From: Candidatus Levyibacteriota bacterium
Lineage (GTDB): Bacteria; Patescibacteriota; Microgenomatia; Levybacterales; UBA12049
Assembly: GCA_003152105.1 (NCBI GenBank)
Contig: PLZJ01000002.1
Coordinates: 108,257 to 172,256, forward strand
Length of the DNA: 64,000 bases
Reading direction: 5' to 3'
Shown here in pieces: positions 9,548 through 19,525 of the stretch. Position 1 is the stretch's first letter. The number at the start of each line of letters is the position of its first letter. A program made the translations under genes and the position numbers. A model generated the notes under the pieces. The model searched no databases. It was not told the origin of the DNA and saw nothing but the letters and a program-made list of their open reading frames with translations.

Positions 9548-10111
9548 TTAGTTATTTTTGTGCACTTTATTTGACGACAATGCGTCTACCATTTTTTGTA
9601 AAATTAATACCCTATTTTCAATTGATACAAAAGATCTTTTTAAGAGCGGCGATGATCCATTTTCAATTTGTCTTAAAACTTCATAATGTTTTTGCGACGC
9701 TAATGTTAATCTTGACTGTAACGTGTCGATATTTAACCCTTCACTTTTTGCAAGAGAAGCAGTATCTATTGCTTCATTAAAATAGTTTTCTGCTTTTGAA
9801 GCGGTTGAAATTACTAAAATATCGTTTTGCTTATGCTCATTATGTAAAAGTACTGCTGCATTTAGTCTCTTATCTGCTTGAAGTAGTTCTAGTTGAGATT
9901 TTTTTATTGGATCAGAAATCAAAAATATTATAAATTTATCACGAATAACTTTTAATACATATAAAGGGTTATCAGGTAATATACCTGGATAAGGCAAATC
10001 GTATTGCACATCCTTTATGGGAGCTGTGCTAACTGCATACACGTTTCCAATAGAAATAGCATAAAAACAAATACCTATACAGATAAATAATATGACTACA
10101 TAAATACGCAT
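9548..10111 (-). CDS. exported hypothetical protein (DUF5667-like)
   Basis: Signal peptide; YDLPYPGILPDNPLYVLKVIRD...ADKRL motif. Confidence 0.7.
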   Translation of the reverse strand: MRIYVVILFICIGICFYAISIGNVYAVSTAPIKDVQYDLPYPGILPDNPLYVLKVIRDKFIIFLISDPIKKSQLELLQADKRLNAAVLLHNEHKQNDILVISTASKAENYFNEAIDTASLAKSEGLNIDTLQSRLTLASQKHYEVLRQIENGSSPLLKRSFVSIENRVLILQKMVDALSSNKVHKNN

Positions 10112-10293
10112 ATATTAAATAGTTATTATAACTAAGATGTAATGATTAAGAAGTAAATAATTTTCATATAAAAATAGTAGTAATGTGCCACGATTGTAAC
10201 GTATGAATAGAACCATTGCAAGTAAGAAAATAGCGATTAAAATCTATAAAAATACCTTACTTAAATAGAAGATAAAACTTGCTATTAATTATT

Positions 10294-10887
10294 CTATTGA
10301 GGATACCTAATTGATTCTAAAGCTATGCGAAGTGTTTCTTCTTGATTATGGCTATATGTATTAATTACTAAATCATAATATTTTTTATCCCAATATACCC
10401 ATTCTTGGTCGTTTTGTACATATAAACGTCTAAATTTTTCTAAGTGTTGTCTTTCTCTTTCTTTTACTTCAAATTTTGCTTCTTCTACTGAAACTTTATC
10501 TCTATTAACTATTCTATCTATCCTGATATCTGTTTTATCTTCACCGGTCTCGTCTTCACAAATAACTAATATTTTAAAAACACCATCTATTCTTTCTGCA
10601 TCAAAACCTGCTAAATGACTTTGTACAATTTGATGAGATTCGCTCTTGAGCATTTCCTTAATTCTATTTTCGTATTCTAAATCAAAATGATCTGGTCGTT
10701 TTTTTGTATCTACAATGCTATGACCTGCTTCTGAGGCAATTTTACGAAATAACGCTCCTCCATCAAGCATTTTCCAGTTTAATTTTTCTGCCAGTTTTTG
10801 AGCAAGAGTCGTTGCGCCACTTGCAATTCTTCCTGATACAGTTATATTACGAATACTATCAAGATCAATTGAAGAATGTTTATCCAT
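10294..10887 (-). CDS. cmk: cytidylate kinase-like protein (archaeal-type)
   Basis: ITVSGRIASGATTLA P-loop variant, GALFRKIA, YDLVINT. Confidence 0.7.
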   Translation of the reverse strand: MDKHSSIDLDSIRNITVSGRIASGATTLAQKLAEKLNWKMLDGGALFRKIASEAGHSIVDTKKRPDHFDLEYENRIKEMLKSESHQIVQSHLAGFDAERIDGVFKILVICEDETGEDKTDIRIDRIVNRDKVSVEEAKFEVKERERQHLEKFRRLYVQNDQEWVYWDKKYYDLVINTYSHNQEETLRIALESIRYPQ

Positions 10888-10890
10888 AAA

Positions 10891-11943
10891 TTATTGAGCG
10901 CTAGAGGCAGTTTGAGCTTTATTAAATAGAAGTACTTCTTCTACTAAACGGTTCGCATAACCATACTCATTATCATACCAAGCAATTACTTTTATAAGAT
11001 TGCCCATGGCCTGTGTTAACGATAGATCTACAATGCAGGAATGTGAGTTTCCCACAATATCTGATGAAACAATAGGATCATTTGTTACCTCAATAATTCC
11101 CTTATACGCATCGTTTTCTGAAGCAGTTTTTAACGCTGCATTTATCTCATCAACCGTAGTTTCTTTTTTCAAGAGAAATGTAAAATCAGATAATGAGCCA
11201 ACGATTGTTGGAACACGTATTGAAATGCCTTCGAATATTCCTTTTAGAGGTGCGTATGCTTCACCTGCTGCTATAGTTGCGCCTGTCGAAGTTGGGATAA
11301 TATTATGAGCAGCTGCTCGTGCTCTCCTGTAATCTTTATGACCCCCATCCTGAAGCTCTTGATCTGATGTGTAGCTATGTATTGTTGTCATCATTGCTTT
11401 TTCAATTCCAAAGGATTCATTGATTACTTTGGCAACTGGCGTTATGCAGTTTGTCGTACATGAAGCATTTGATATTAATTGATCTCCTTTAAAATCAGCT
11501 TGGTTAATTGATAAAACATAGGTTGGAATTTCTCCTTCTTTAACAGGCGCTGAAAGCACGACAGCTTTTGCTCCTGCAGCTATGTGTGGATGTAATTTTT
11601 CAGCAGTTGTAAAATGACCTGTTGATTCAATTACGACATCAACGTCTAATAGTTTCCATGGTAATAAGCTTGGATCTTTTTGTGAATAAACAGGTATTTT
11701 CTTATCATTGATAAGTAAAGATCCAATCGATCCTCCAGCAGTAGAAGTATCAATACCTAAGTTAAAATTTTGTAATGACCCATAAGAGGTATCGTATTTT
11801 AATAAATACATCCAGCCCTTCAAATCTGTAGAAGAGCCAGCATTTATCGCAACTATTTCAATTTCTTGTGCATGTTTTTCTAAAATTACTCTATGCGCTA
11901 CACGTCCTATCCTTCCATATCCATTAATTGCAACCTTTAACAT
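10891..11943 (-). CDS. gap: glyceraldehyde-3-phosphate dehydrogenase (type I)
   Basis: INGYGRIGR, SNASCTTNC, WYDNEYGY. Confidence 0.97.
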   Translation of the reverse strand: MLKVAINGYGRIGRVAHRVILEKHAQEIEIVAINAGSSTDLKGWMYLLKYDTSYGSLQNFNLGIDTSTAGGSIGSLLINDKKIPVYSQKDPSLLPWKLLDVDVVIESTGHFTTAEKLHPHIAAGAKAVVLSAPVKEGEIPTYVLSINQADFKGDQLISNASCTTNCITPVAKVINESFGIEKAMMTTIHSYTSDQELQDGGHKDYRRARAAAHNIIPTSTGATIAAGEAYAPLKGIFEGISIRVPTIVGSLSDFTFLLKKETTVDEINAALKTASENDAYKGIIEVTNDPIVSSDIVGNSHSCIVDLSLTQAMGNLIKVIAWYDNEYGYANRLVEEVLLFNKAQTASSAQ

Positions 11944-12021
11944 ATAGTTAGTATAAAAGGTATTGTGTTTTAGAGCAAGGGGAAAATAATATATGTATTT
12001 ATTGAAGGCAAAATTACAAAC

Positions 12022-13080
12022 TTATTTTTCACATAGTGCAATTAAACCAGGTAATTTTTCCCCACTTAGCAATAGCAACATTGCACCGCCTCCTGTAGAA
12101 ACAAACGAGAATTTATCTAAGATATGTAGTTCTTGCAAAAATTCCGTAGTATCTCCTCCTCCTAAAATTGTATGAGCCGACGAACGCGATACTGCATCTG
12201 CTATCACACGCGTGCCATGTTCTGTCTCAGGCATACCTTTTCTGTCATTTGTTGGACGAATTAAACCCATAGGACCATTCCAGACTATCATATTAGCAAG
12301 CTTAATGACTTGCAAAAAGTTATCAATACTATTTTGGGTAATATCGGTTCCTTGTTCAATCAAATCAGCTACCAAAACTACATTGCCAGTATCAATCTTT
12401 GTAACTTTTTCTAAAACCTGCGTTTCAGCGGCAATCTTTCCTCCAACCAATACATAATCAGCAATAGCATGCATTTTTTCTACCAATGGCAACTTGGTTT
12501 CTAATTTTGCTCCACCAATAATAACAACTAAGGGATGTTTTGGCTTTTTAAAAACGAGATCCAGTTCTTCAACTTCTTTCTGTAAATGTATTCCTGCATA
12601 ATGGGGCAATTTTTTACACACGCCAGTAATAGAAGCGTTATTTCTGTGCGATACCGCAAATGCATCATTGCAATAAACATCAGCAATATTTGCTAATTTA
12701 TTAACAAGTTCTGGACTATTTTTATGTTCACCTGGATCAAAACGCAAATTTTCCAAAAGATAGAGTTTATTGCTCAATTGCCAACCACTTAGCTGACCAA
12801 TTGGTTGTTTAGTGGATGTAAATTGTAAGCCTAGCTTTTTAGCGAACCATTTAGCTACTGGGTCAAGCGAGTATGCATCGTCTTGCCCATCTGGCCTCCC
12901 TAGATGTCCACATAAAATTATCGTAGCGTTTTGGTTTTGAAGATAAGTTATTGTCTCGAGTGAGGCGTGCAATCGAGAATCATCTAATATATCTTTATTA
13001 TGTAGGGGAACATCGATATCTACCCTAAGAAGTACTTTACGATTATGAACTTGTGCCTCTTGAATTTTTGGTAACGTCAT
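12022..13080 (-). CDS. pgk: phosphoglycerate kinase
   Basis: RVDIDVP, HLGRP, LLENLRF, NDAFAVSHR, WNGPMG, GGGDT, STGGGA. Confidence 0.95.
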   Translation of the reverse strand: MTLPKIQEAQVHNRKVLLRVDIDVPLHNKDILDDSRLHASLETITYLQNQNATIILCGHLGRPDGQDDAYSLDPVAKWFAKKLGLQFTSTKQPIGQLSGWQLSNKLYLLENLRFDPGEHKNSPELVNKLANIADVYCNDAFAVSHRNNASITGVCKKLPHYAGIHLQKEVEELDLVFKKPKHPLVVIIGGAKLETKLPLVEKMHAIADYVLVGGKIAAETQVLEKVTKIDTGNVVLVADLIEQGTDITQNSIDNFLQVIKLANMIVWNGPMGLIRPTNDRKGMPETEHGTRVIADAVSRSSAHTILGGGDTTEFLQELHILDKFSFVSTGGGAMLLLLSGEKLPGLIALCEK

Positions 13081-13180
13081 AACAACTAATTGCAAGTAAT
13101 TCTTTACTATTATAGCGTACTCTATGGTGTATGAATACTATTTTATTGTCAGATGTCAAAACAAATGTTATTATAGTTTG

Positions 13181-15328
13181 GTGAAAAAGATGCCTAAAAT
13201 TATGAAAAAACGCCCGAGAATTAGGTATGTAATTGTCTCATTACTGATTGTGAGCATTGCTTTATTTTATTACTATATACTCAAAGACCTCCCTTCTCCT
13301 ACTAAACTTGGCAGTACAAATTTTCCCCAATCTAGTCAAATATATGATCGAAACGGCGTTCTTCTATATACAATTTATGGCAATAGAAATCAAATATTCA
13401 TTCCACTTTCAAAAATCCCCAAGCAACTCCAACAGGCAACCTTATCTATTGAGGATAAAAACTTCTATAATCATGGAGCAATTGACATTCGAGCCATACT
13501 TCGTTCTTTAGTTTCAATTATTACGCATAACGAATTACAAGGAGGGTCCACATTAACTCAGCAACTCGTAAAGAATAGTTTATTAACTCCTGAAAGAACT
13601 ATTCCTCGTAAAATTAAAGAAGTAATACTTTCTTTTGCAACTGAAATTATATATCCAAAAGACAAGATATTAGAGATGTACCTAAATCAATCTCCGTATG
13701 GTGGGACTGCATGGGGTGTCGAGGCAGCTTCAGAAATGTATTTTGGTAAACACGTCTACGAATTAGATCTTGCTGAATCTGCCATGCTTGCAGGTTTACC
13801 AAATTCACCAACCAGCTATTCCCCTTTCGGAGCACATCCAGATTTAGGAAGACAAAGACAACTCGAAGTACTCTCTCAAATGCTACAACAAAATTATATT
13901 ACCAAGTCCCAATATAATGCTGCAGCAGCAGAACAACTGCATTTTCAATCCTTAGCTAGAAATGATATTAAAGCTCCGCACTGGGTATTCTATATCAAAG
14001 ATTTACTAACAAAAAAATATGGACAATTACTTGTAGAACAAGGAGGTTTAAAAATAACCACAAGCCTAGATCTTAACCTACAAAATTATGCCCAAGCAAC
14101 TGTTGCCGCTGAGGTTGAAAAATTGGCTGGCTACCATGTTTCTAACGGAGCAGCACTGATAACGCAACCAAATACTGGCGAAATACTCGCAATGGTCGGC
14201 AGCAAAGATTATTTTGATACGGCAGATGATGGAAACGTAAATGTGACAATTTCTCTCCGACAACCTGGCTCATCTATTAAACCTGTTAATTATGTGGTTG
14301 GTATTATGAATGGTTACGGAGCTAATACGCCATTTATTGATCAACCGATTTGCTTCGGAGTTACTTATTGCCCACATAATTACGATGGCAAGTTTCATGG
14401 AGTAGTTACTATGAGACAAGCTCTTGGAAATTCCTTTAATATACCAGCTGTAAAAATGCTAAAAGTGAATGGACCTGCAGCAATGATTTCAACAGCAACT
14501 GCAATGGGAATTTCAACATTTAATAATCCTAATTGCTACGTATTGTCACTAACGCTTGGTAGTTGTGATGTAACTATGGTAGACATGGCCACCGCATTTG
14601 GAGTTTTTGCAAATGGAGGATATAGAGTAGACCTACATCCCATCCTTAAAATCGTTGACAAGGATGGAAAAGTACTTGAAGAATACCAACCATCAGATAG
14701 TGGCTTTTTTGGACAAAAAGTAATATCACCTGGTGCTGCCTTTATTATTTCCGATATATTAGCTGATAATAATGCTCGATTACTCGAATTTGGTCCTTCA
14801 TCATCTCTTCGTGTAGTCGGACAACATGTATCAGTTAAAACAGGAACTACAAATGACTTTCGTGACAATTGGACAATTGGCTATACGCCAAGCTATTTAG
14901 TCGCAACATGGGTTGGTAATGACGACAATACGCCAATGGAGGGTCTCGTGTCGGGAATAACTGGAGCTGCACCAATGTGGCATGATTTAATGACACACAT
15001 GCTTGAAAATAAACTTCCTGAAAGCACTGTGATACCATCAGGTGTTATAAAAAGAGGCGTTTGTGTAGGAGCGGGACAACTATCTTCCGATCCAAATGCT
15101 GCAAGCAAATGTCCTGAAAGCTATGATTATACGCTTTCTGGAACACCACAACATTCATATGTTTCTCAACAAAAAGTATTTATCGATACAACAACTAATG
15201 ATTTAGCTAAGCCTGGACAAACTGCAAATGTAGGCCAAAAAGATGAAACTATCCTTACCGATCCATCAGGAGATAAATATTGCTTAAGTTGCCCTCATCC
15301 GTCCCCCTCTCCTACTCCCACTCCATAA
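13181..15328 (+). CDS. class A penicillin-binding protein (PBP1A-like)
   Basis: EDKNFYNH, QGGSTLTQQLVK, RKIKE; transpeptidase SSIK, SFN, KTGT; start uncertain (GTG 13181 or ATG 13190). Confidence 0.92.
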   Translation: MKKMPKIMKKRPRIRYVIVSLLIVSIALFYYYILKDLPSPTKLGSTNFPQSSQIYDRNGVLLYTIYGNRNQIFIPLSKIPKQLQQATLSIEDKNFYNHGAIDIRAILRSLVSIITHNELQGGSTLTQQLVKNSLLTPERTIPRKIKEVILSFATEIIYPKDKILEMYLNQSPYGGTAWGVEAASEMYFGKHVYELDLAESAMLAGLPNSPTSYSPFGAHPDLGRQRQLEVLSQMLQQNYITKSQYNAAAAEQLHFQSLARNDIKAPHWVFYIKDLLTKKYGQLLVEQGGLKITTSLDLNLQNYAQATVAAEVEKLAGYHVSNGAALITQPNTGEILAMVGSKDYFDTADDGNVNVTISLRQPGSSIKPVNYVVGIMNGYGANTPFIDQPICFGVTYCPHNYDGKFHGVVTMRQALGNSFNIPAVKMLKVNGPAAMISTATAMGISTFNNPNCYVLSLTLGSCDVTMVDMATAFGVFANGGYRVDLHPILKIVDKDGKVLEEYQPSDSGFFGQKVISPGAAFIISDILADNNARLLEFGPSSSLRVVGQHVSVKTGTTNDFRDNWTIGYTPSYLVATWVGNDDNTPMEGLVSGITGAAPMWHDLMTHMLENKLPESTVIPSGVIKRGVCVGAGQLSSDPNAASKCPESYDYTLSGTPQHSYVSQQKVFIDTTTNDLAKPGQTANVGQKDETILTDPSGDKYCLSCPHPSPSPTPTP

Positions 15329-15399
15329 CCATTTCCTGCTTTTCAAGGCATACCCCCTGTTGTATAATGCAGGCGTCCCAATCTGCTTATGTAATCGTT

Positions 15400-17697
15400 A
15401 TGCAAATCTTTGTCAACATTATTGTCTTTTTATTGCTTGTAATGATAAAAATCGGCGATTTGATTCTCCTGACGGTAGAAATCTTACTAAAAATATGTAG
15501 AAAAATATTTTTCTTATGCTTGAGGCTTATTGATTTTATCGGATTACTATTCTATAAATTTTTCGGTTTGTTATTTACCATAATTAAAACTGATGCGCAT
15601 AACATCAAGAGTGCATTTTCGAAGATACAGGAAGATGTAAAAAATACTGGCTCTTCGCCATATAAATTGGCAAAAAAGAAAAAAGCAAAAAAACATAAAA
15701 CTAACATGCATGTTAGTTTTCACTTAGGTTTTTTTACTAAAATACGCTATTTTATTACAGGAGGGATATTCTCACTAATCATCATTGGCGCTCCTCTAAC
15801 GTTTTATGTATTTATACAAAGCCTTCCAAACCCTAATCAATTAATTACCGAACAGATACCGCAAACTACGAAAATTTACGACCGGAATCATGTTTTGCTT
15901 TATCAAATTTATGCAAATCAGAACAGAACTTTGGTTCACTTACGAGATGTTCCCAACTATTTACGAGAAGGCACTATTGCAATCGAAGACAAAGATTTTT
16001 ACACTCATCCAGGTTTTGATATAACGGCAATTTTTCGTTCTTTTCTTCAAGATGTTTCAGGCAAGCAACTGCAGGGCGGATCAACAATTACACAACAATT
16101 GATAAAATCAACACTTCTTACACCTCAAACGAGCATTACAAGAAAAATAAAAGAAATTGTGTTAGCTTTTTGGGCAGAACGCATTTATTCGAAAAATCAA
16201 ATCTTAGAAATGTATTTTAACGTAGTGCCTTATGGTGGAACAGCGTGGGGAGTAGAAGCGGCATCTGAAACTTATTTTGGAATTCATGTCTCTGATCTTG
16301 ACCTTGCGCAATCTGCTTTTTTAGCTGGATTACCACAAGCACCAACTATTTATTCTCCTTTCGGATCAAGCCCAAATGCATGGAAGGCAAGACAAAAAGA
16401 GGTTTTAGATAGAATGCAGCAACTTGGATACATATCCAAACCACAAGAAACCCAGGCGTTATCTGAACAATTGCAATTTCAAAGTCCGCAAACTCCTATT
16501 CTTGCACCACATTTCGTCATGTACGTTAGAGATTTACTCATTCAAAAATACGGCTTACCTTTAGTTGAAAAAGGAGGACTAACAGTCATAACATCACTTG
16601 ATACCAATATGCAAAATGAAGCACAAAAAATAGTTTCAAATGAAGTGCAAAATGACGCGTATTTAAATATTTCTAATGGTGCAGCACTTATTACGAATCC
16701 TTCAAATGGAGACATACTAGCAATGATAGGTAGTAAGGATTATTCTGACCCTAATTATGGCGCGGTAAATATCGCTACGTCACCACGTCAACCTGGTTCT
16801 TCAATAAAAGCAGTTACATACTCATCTGCATTAAGTAATGGATTTACTGCAGCAACAATTCTTGACGATTCCCCTGTTACATATACCGACCCTTGGGGTA
16901 ATTCTTATTCACCAGTCAATTATGATGGTAAATTTCACGGAAAAATCCCGCTTCGCATTGCACTTGCAAATTCATTTAATATTCCTGCAGTTAAAACATT
17001 GAATCAAATTGGTATACCTACCATGATCAGTTATGCTAAACAAATGGGAATTACCACATGGGGAAGCCCAAGTAATTACGGATTATCAATAACACTAGGA
17101 GCTGCTGAAGTAAAAATGACAGATATGGCAGAGGTATATGGAACGCTCGCGAATGGGGGTTTACATGTTGGTTTAAATCCTATTCTAAAAATTTCAGATG
17201 CAAATGGAAATATTCTAGAGCAAAAAAATCCAGACAACATTACGTCTCAACGAGTATTAAGCCAAGGAGTTTCATATATAATGTCTGATATTTTAGCAGA
17301 TAATAATGCAAGAACATTAGAGTTTGGACCAAATTCTCCGCTTTATATCCCAGGAGAATACGTATCTGTAAAAACAGGAACAACAGATGACAAGAGAGAT
17401 AATTGGACTGATGGCTATACAAAAAATAGAGTGGTTATCACGTGGGTAGGTAATAACGATAATACTCCAATGAGCCAAGCCCTTGCCTCAGGCATTACTG
17501 GCGCAGCTCCAATTTGGCACGCAATAATGACAAGTCTTTTACAAAACCAGGTAGCTTCAAAGCCACCTGCTCCAGAGGATATAGTTAGTAAACAGTGTTA
17601 TGGTCATGTGGAATATTTTGTAAAAGGAACTGAAAATAGTGTAAATTGTAGCTCATATCAATATGGGACTCCTACTCCAACAATTAAAAAATCTTAA
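15400..17697 (+). CDS. class A penicillin-binding protein (second paralog)
   Basis: EDKDFYTH, GGSTITQQLIK, SSIK, SFN, KTGT; extended hydrophobic N-terminus; start uncertain. Confidence 0.92.
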   Translation: MQIFVNIIVFLLLVMIKIGDLILLTVEILLKICRKIFFLCLRLIDFIGLLFYKFFGLLFTIIKTDAHNIKSAFSKIQEDVKNTGSSPYKLAKKKKAKKHKTNMHVSFHLGFFTKIRYFITGGIFSLIIIGAPLTFYVFIQSLPNPNQLITEQIPQTTKIYDRNHVLLYQIYANQNRTLVHLRDVPNYLREGTIAIEDKDFYTHPGFDITAIFRSFLQDVSGKQLQGGSTITQQLIKSTLLTPQTSITRKIKEIVLAFWAERIYSKNQILEMYFNVVPYGGTAWGVEAASETYFGIHVSDLDLAQSAFLAGLPQAPTIYSPFGSSPNAWKARQKEVLDRMQQLGYISKPQETQALSEQLQFQSPQTPILAPHFVMYVRDLLIQKYGLPLVEKGGLTVITSLDTNMQNEAQKIVSNEVQNDAYLNISNGAALITNPSNGDILAMIGSKDYSDPNYGAVNIATSPRQPGSSIKAVTYSSALSNGFTAATILDDSPVTYTDPWGNSYSPVNYDGKFHGKIPLRIALANSFNIPAVKTLNQIGIPTMISYAKQMGITTWGSPSNYGLSITLGAAEVKMTDMAEVYGTLANGGLHVGLNPILKISDANGNILEQKNPDNITSQRVLSQGVSYIMSDILADNNARTLEFGPNSPLYIPGEYVSVKTGTTDDKRDNWTDGYTKNRVVITWVGNNDNTPMSQALASGITGAAPIWHAIMTSLLQNQVASKPPAPEDIVSKQCYGHVEYFVKGTENSVNCSSYQYGTPTPTIKKS

Positions 17698-18332
17698 GTG
17701 TGAAGAAGATTATGTAGCGTTTTATATTGTGTATTTGGATCGTGTTTAAACAAAAAGCTCGTGGTCACAAATCTATTTGCTCCTGCATTTTTCGCCGCAA
17801 CAATAGTATCGTCATTAATTCCACCATCAACTTCTATTGATACATGTTTGTTACTCTCTAGATCCAGTTGCTTAATTTTATTCAATCGATCATTCTTAAA
17901 CATTGCATTTGAAAAACCAACACGGTCTGCGGAATAAATTAATAGTGAATCAACTGCATCTAGTGGTGTTGATATCTGAGATATGGGAGTGGGTCCATCA
18001 ATAGCTAGTCCAGCATTACCATATTTCTTAGCTCTATTTAAAAATGACTTCTGATTACTCATTTTTTCAATATGCCCTAAAAACCTCCTAAATCCTGCTT
18101 TTCCAAAACTATCTATGTATTGCTCTGGTTCTTCAACCATCATATGTACTTCCAATATAATATCTTTTGCGTATTTATGAAAAGGAGTAGGATCTATAAA
18201 TGTTTTATTTTTGATAAATATTCCATCAATAATATCTATATGAATGCTTTTAGCAAAAGGGCGCACAAGATTAATTTTATGTTCGATCTCAAACCAACTA
18301 CTTTCTAAAATTCCTGGAATTATTTCAAACAT
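17694..18332 (-). CDS. rpe: ribulose-phosphate 3-epimerase
   Basis: IHIDIIDG, EVHMMV, IEVDGGIN, AGAN. Confidence 0.88.
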   Translation of the reverse strand: MFEIIPGILESSWFEIEHKINLVRPFAKSIHIDIIDGIFIKNKTFIDPTPFHKYAKDIILEVHMMVEEPEQYIDSFGKAGFRRFLGHIEKMSNQKSFLNRAKKYGNAGLAIDGPTPISQISTPLDAVDSLLIYSADRVGFSNAMFKNDRLNKIKQLDLESNKHVSIEVDGGINDDTIVAAKNAGANRFVTTSFLFKHDPNTQYKTLHNLLHT

Positions 18333-18837
18333 TACTCATTTCCTTTTCAAGTCTAAGAATTTTATTAATTCTTCTCGTGTGTCTTTCCTCAGAAGGAAAA
18401 GGAGTATCTAGCCACAGCTTAATTATATGACAAGCTTCTTCTAAAGATACAAAACTAGCTCCAATAGAGAGCATATTTGCATTGTTATGTTCTCTAGTTA
18501 ATCTAATCATTTCATAGGGATCGTGGCTCTCTCTTCCAGAAATATCCGCAGATTTAATCGGGACTGCTTGACCATAATATAAAACGCATCTTACATTAGC
18601 AAACTTATTCGCAACTATTGCTTCACCTTGACCAGAACTACCAAATATTATTCCTCGAGATTGAGTATCCTCTGATACTTTTTTTGCTGCTTTACTAATA
18701 TAATCCGGGTAATCATCATTTTTATCGAACGTAAATGCCCCGCTATCTTCAACTTCATACCCTTTGTCTTTGAGAAATTGCTTTACTTTTTCTTTAAGTT
18801 CAAAACCTGCATGATCTGTTGCAATATGTACTTTCAT
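18325..18837 (-). CDS. rpiB: ribose-5-phosphate isomerase B
   Basis: DHAGFELK, DYPD, GSSGQG, REHNNANML, RHTRRI. Confidence 0.93.
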   Translation of the reverse strand: MKVHIATDHAGFELKEKVKQFLKDKGYEVEDSGAFTFDKNDDYPDYISKAAKKVSEDTQSRGIIFGSSGQGEAIVANKFANVRCVLYYGQAVPIKSADISGRESHDPYEMIRLTREHNNANMLSIGASFVSLEEACHIIKLWLDTPFPSEERHTRRINKILRLEKEMSNV

Positions 18838-18887
18838 ATGAAGCTTGTTAAAAGTGTATGCTTGAGAAAAAGAATTGTCAATAAGTA

Positions 18888-19460
18888 CTACTGACCAATG
18901 ATGACAACAGCGTCTGTGGAGCTTGATTCAGGTAACGTCGCAGTTGCACTTCCTACACTATAATTTGCACTTATATCACTTTTTAGTTTAGGCAATATGG
19001 AGCTTTCACTCTTCTTAACTTCAATGGTAACATTTGTATAGTTAAAATTGTCAGCATTTGTGGTACTTACAACTGTATAGCCAAGTCCCTTTAGAAAAGT
19101 AGCCATTTTATTTGCAACGCCTGCTGTGCCGCTACCATTTTCAACAGTTATTGTTGCACTACTCTTTGTTGGAGTTGCAGATGGAGATATCGATACTTTT
19201 CCCGATGGCGCTGGTGTACCCGAAACAGAAGGGCTTGGAGTCAACTTACCTGATGGAGCTGGAGTGTCGGTTGGAAAAATATAGTCTGTTGGAGTAGGCG
19301 TTGTTTTGGAAGATACTGGAGCAGACGCTTTAGTTAAAAATTTTGCAGCTACTACACCAATTCCAACTAGAAGAATGAGAAATATTACAAGCACAATCCA
19401 TTTTTTTGAACGCTTGGATCTTCGTGTTGGTGGAGAGTCAAAAAATTGCGTGTCATCCAT
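18888..19460 (-). CDS. membrane-anchored LytR C-terminal domain protein with Pro/Thr/Ser linker
   Basis: TM helix, TPTP linker, ITVENGSGTAGVA...NADNF...DAVVIIG. Confidence 0.8.
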   Translation of the reverse strand: MDDTQFFDSPPTRRSKRSKKWIVLVIFLILLVGIGVVAAKFLTKASAPVSSKTTPTPTDYIFPTDTPAPSGKLTPSPSVSGTPAPSGKVSISPSATPTKSSATITVENGSGTAGVANKMATFLKGLGYTVVSTTNADNFNYTNVTIEVKKSESSILPKLKSDISANYSVGSATATLPESSSTDAVVIIGQ

Positions 19461-19525
19461 ATGCGTGCAGTATAGCATAAATAAATTGGGAAAACTACAC
19501 TATCTGCTATAATAAATAAAGCTCT

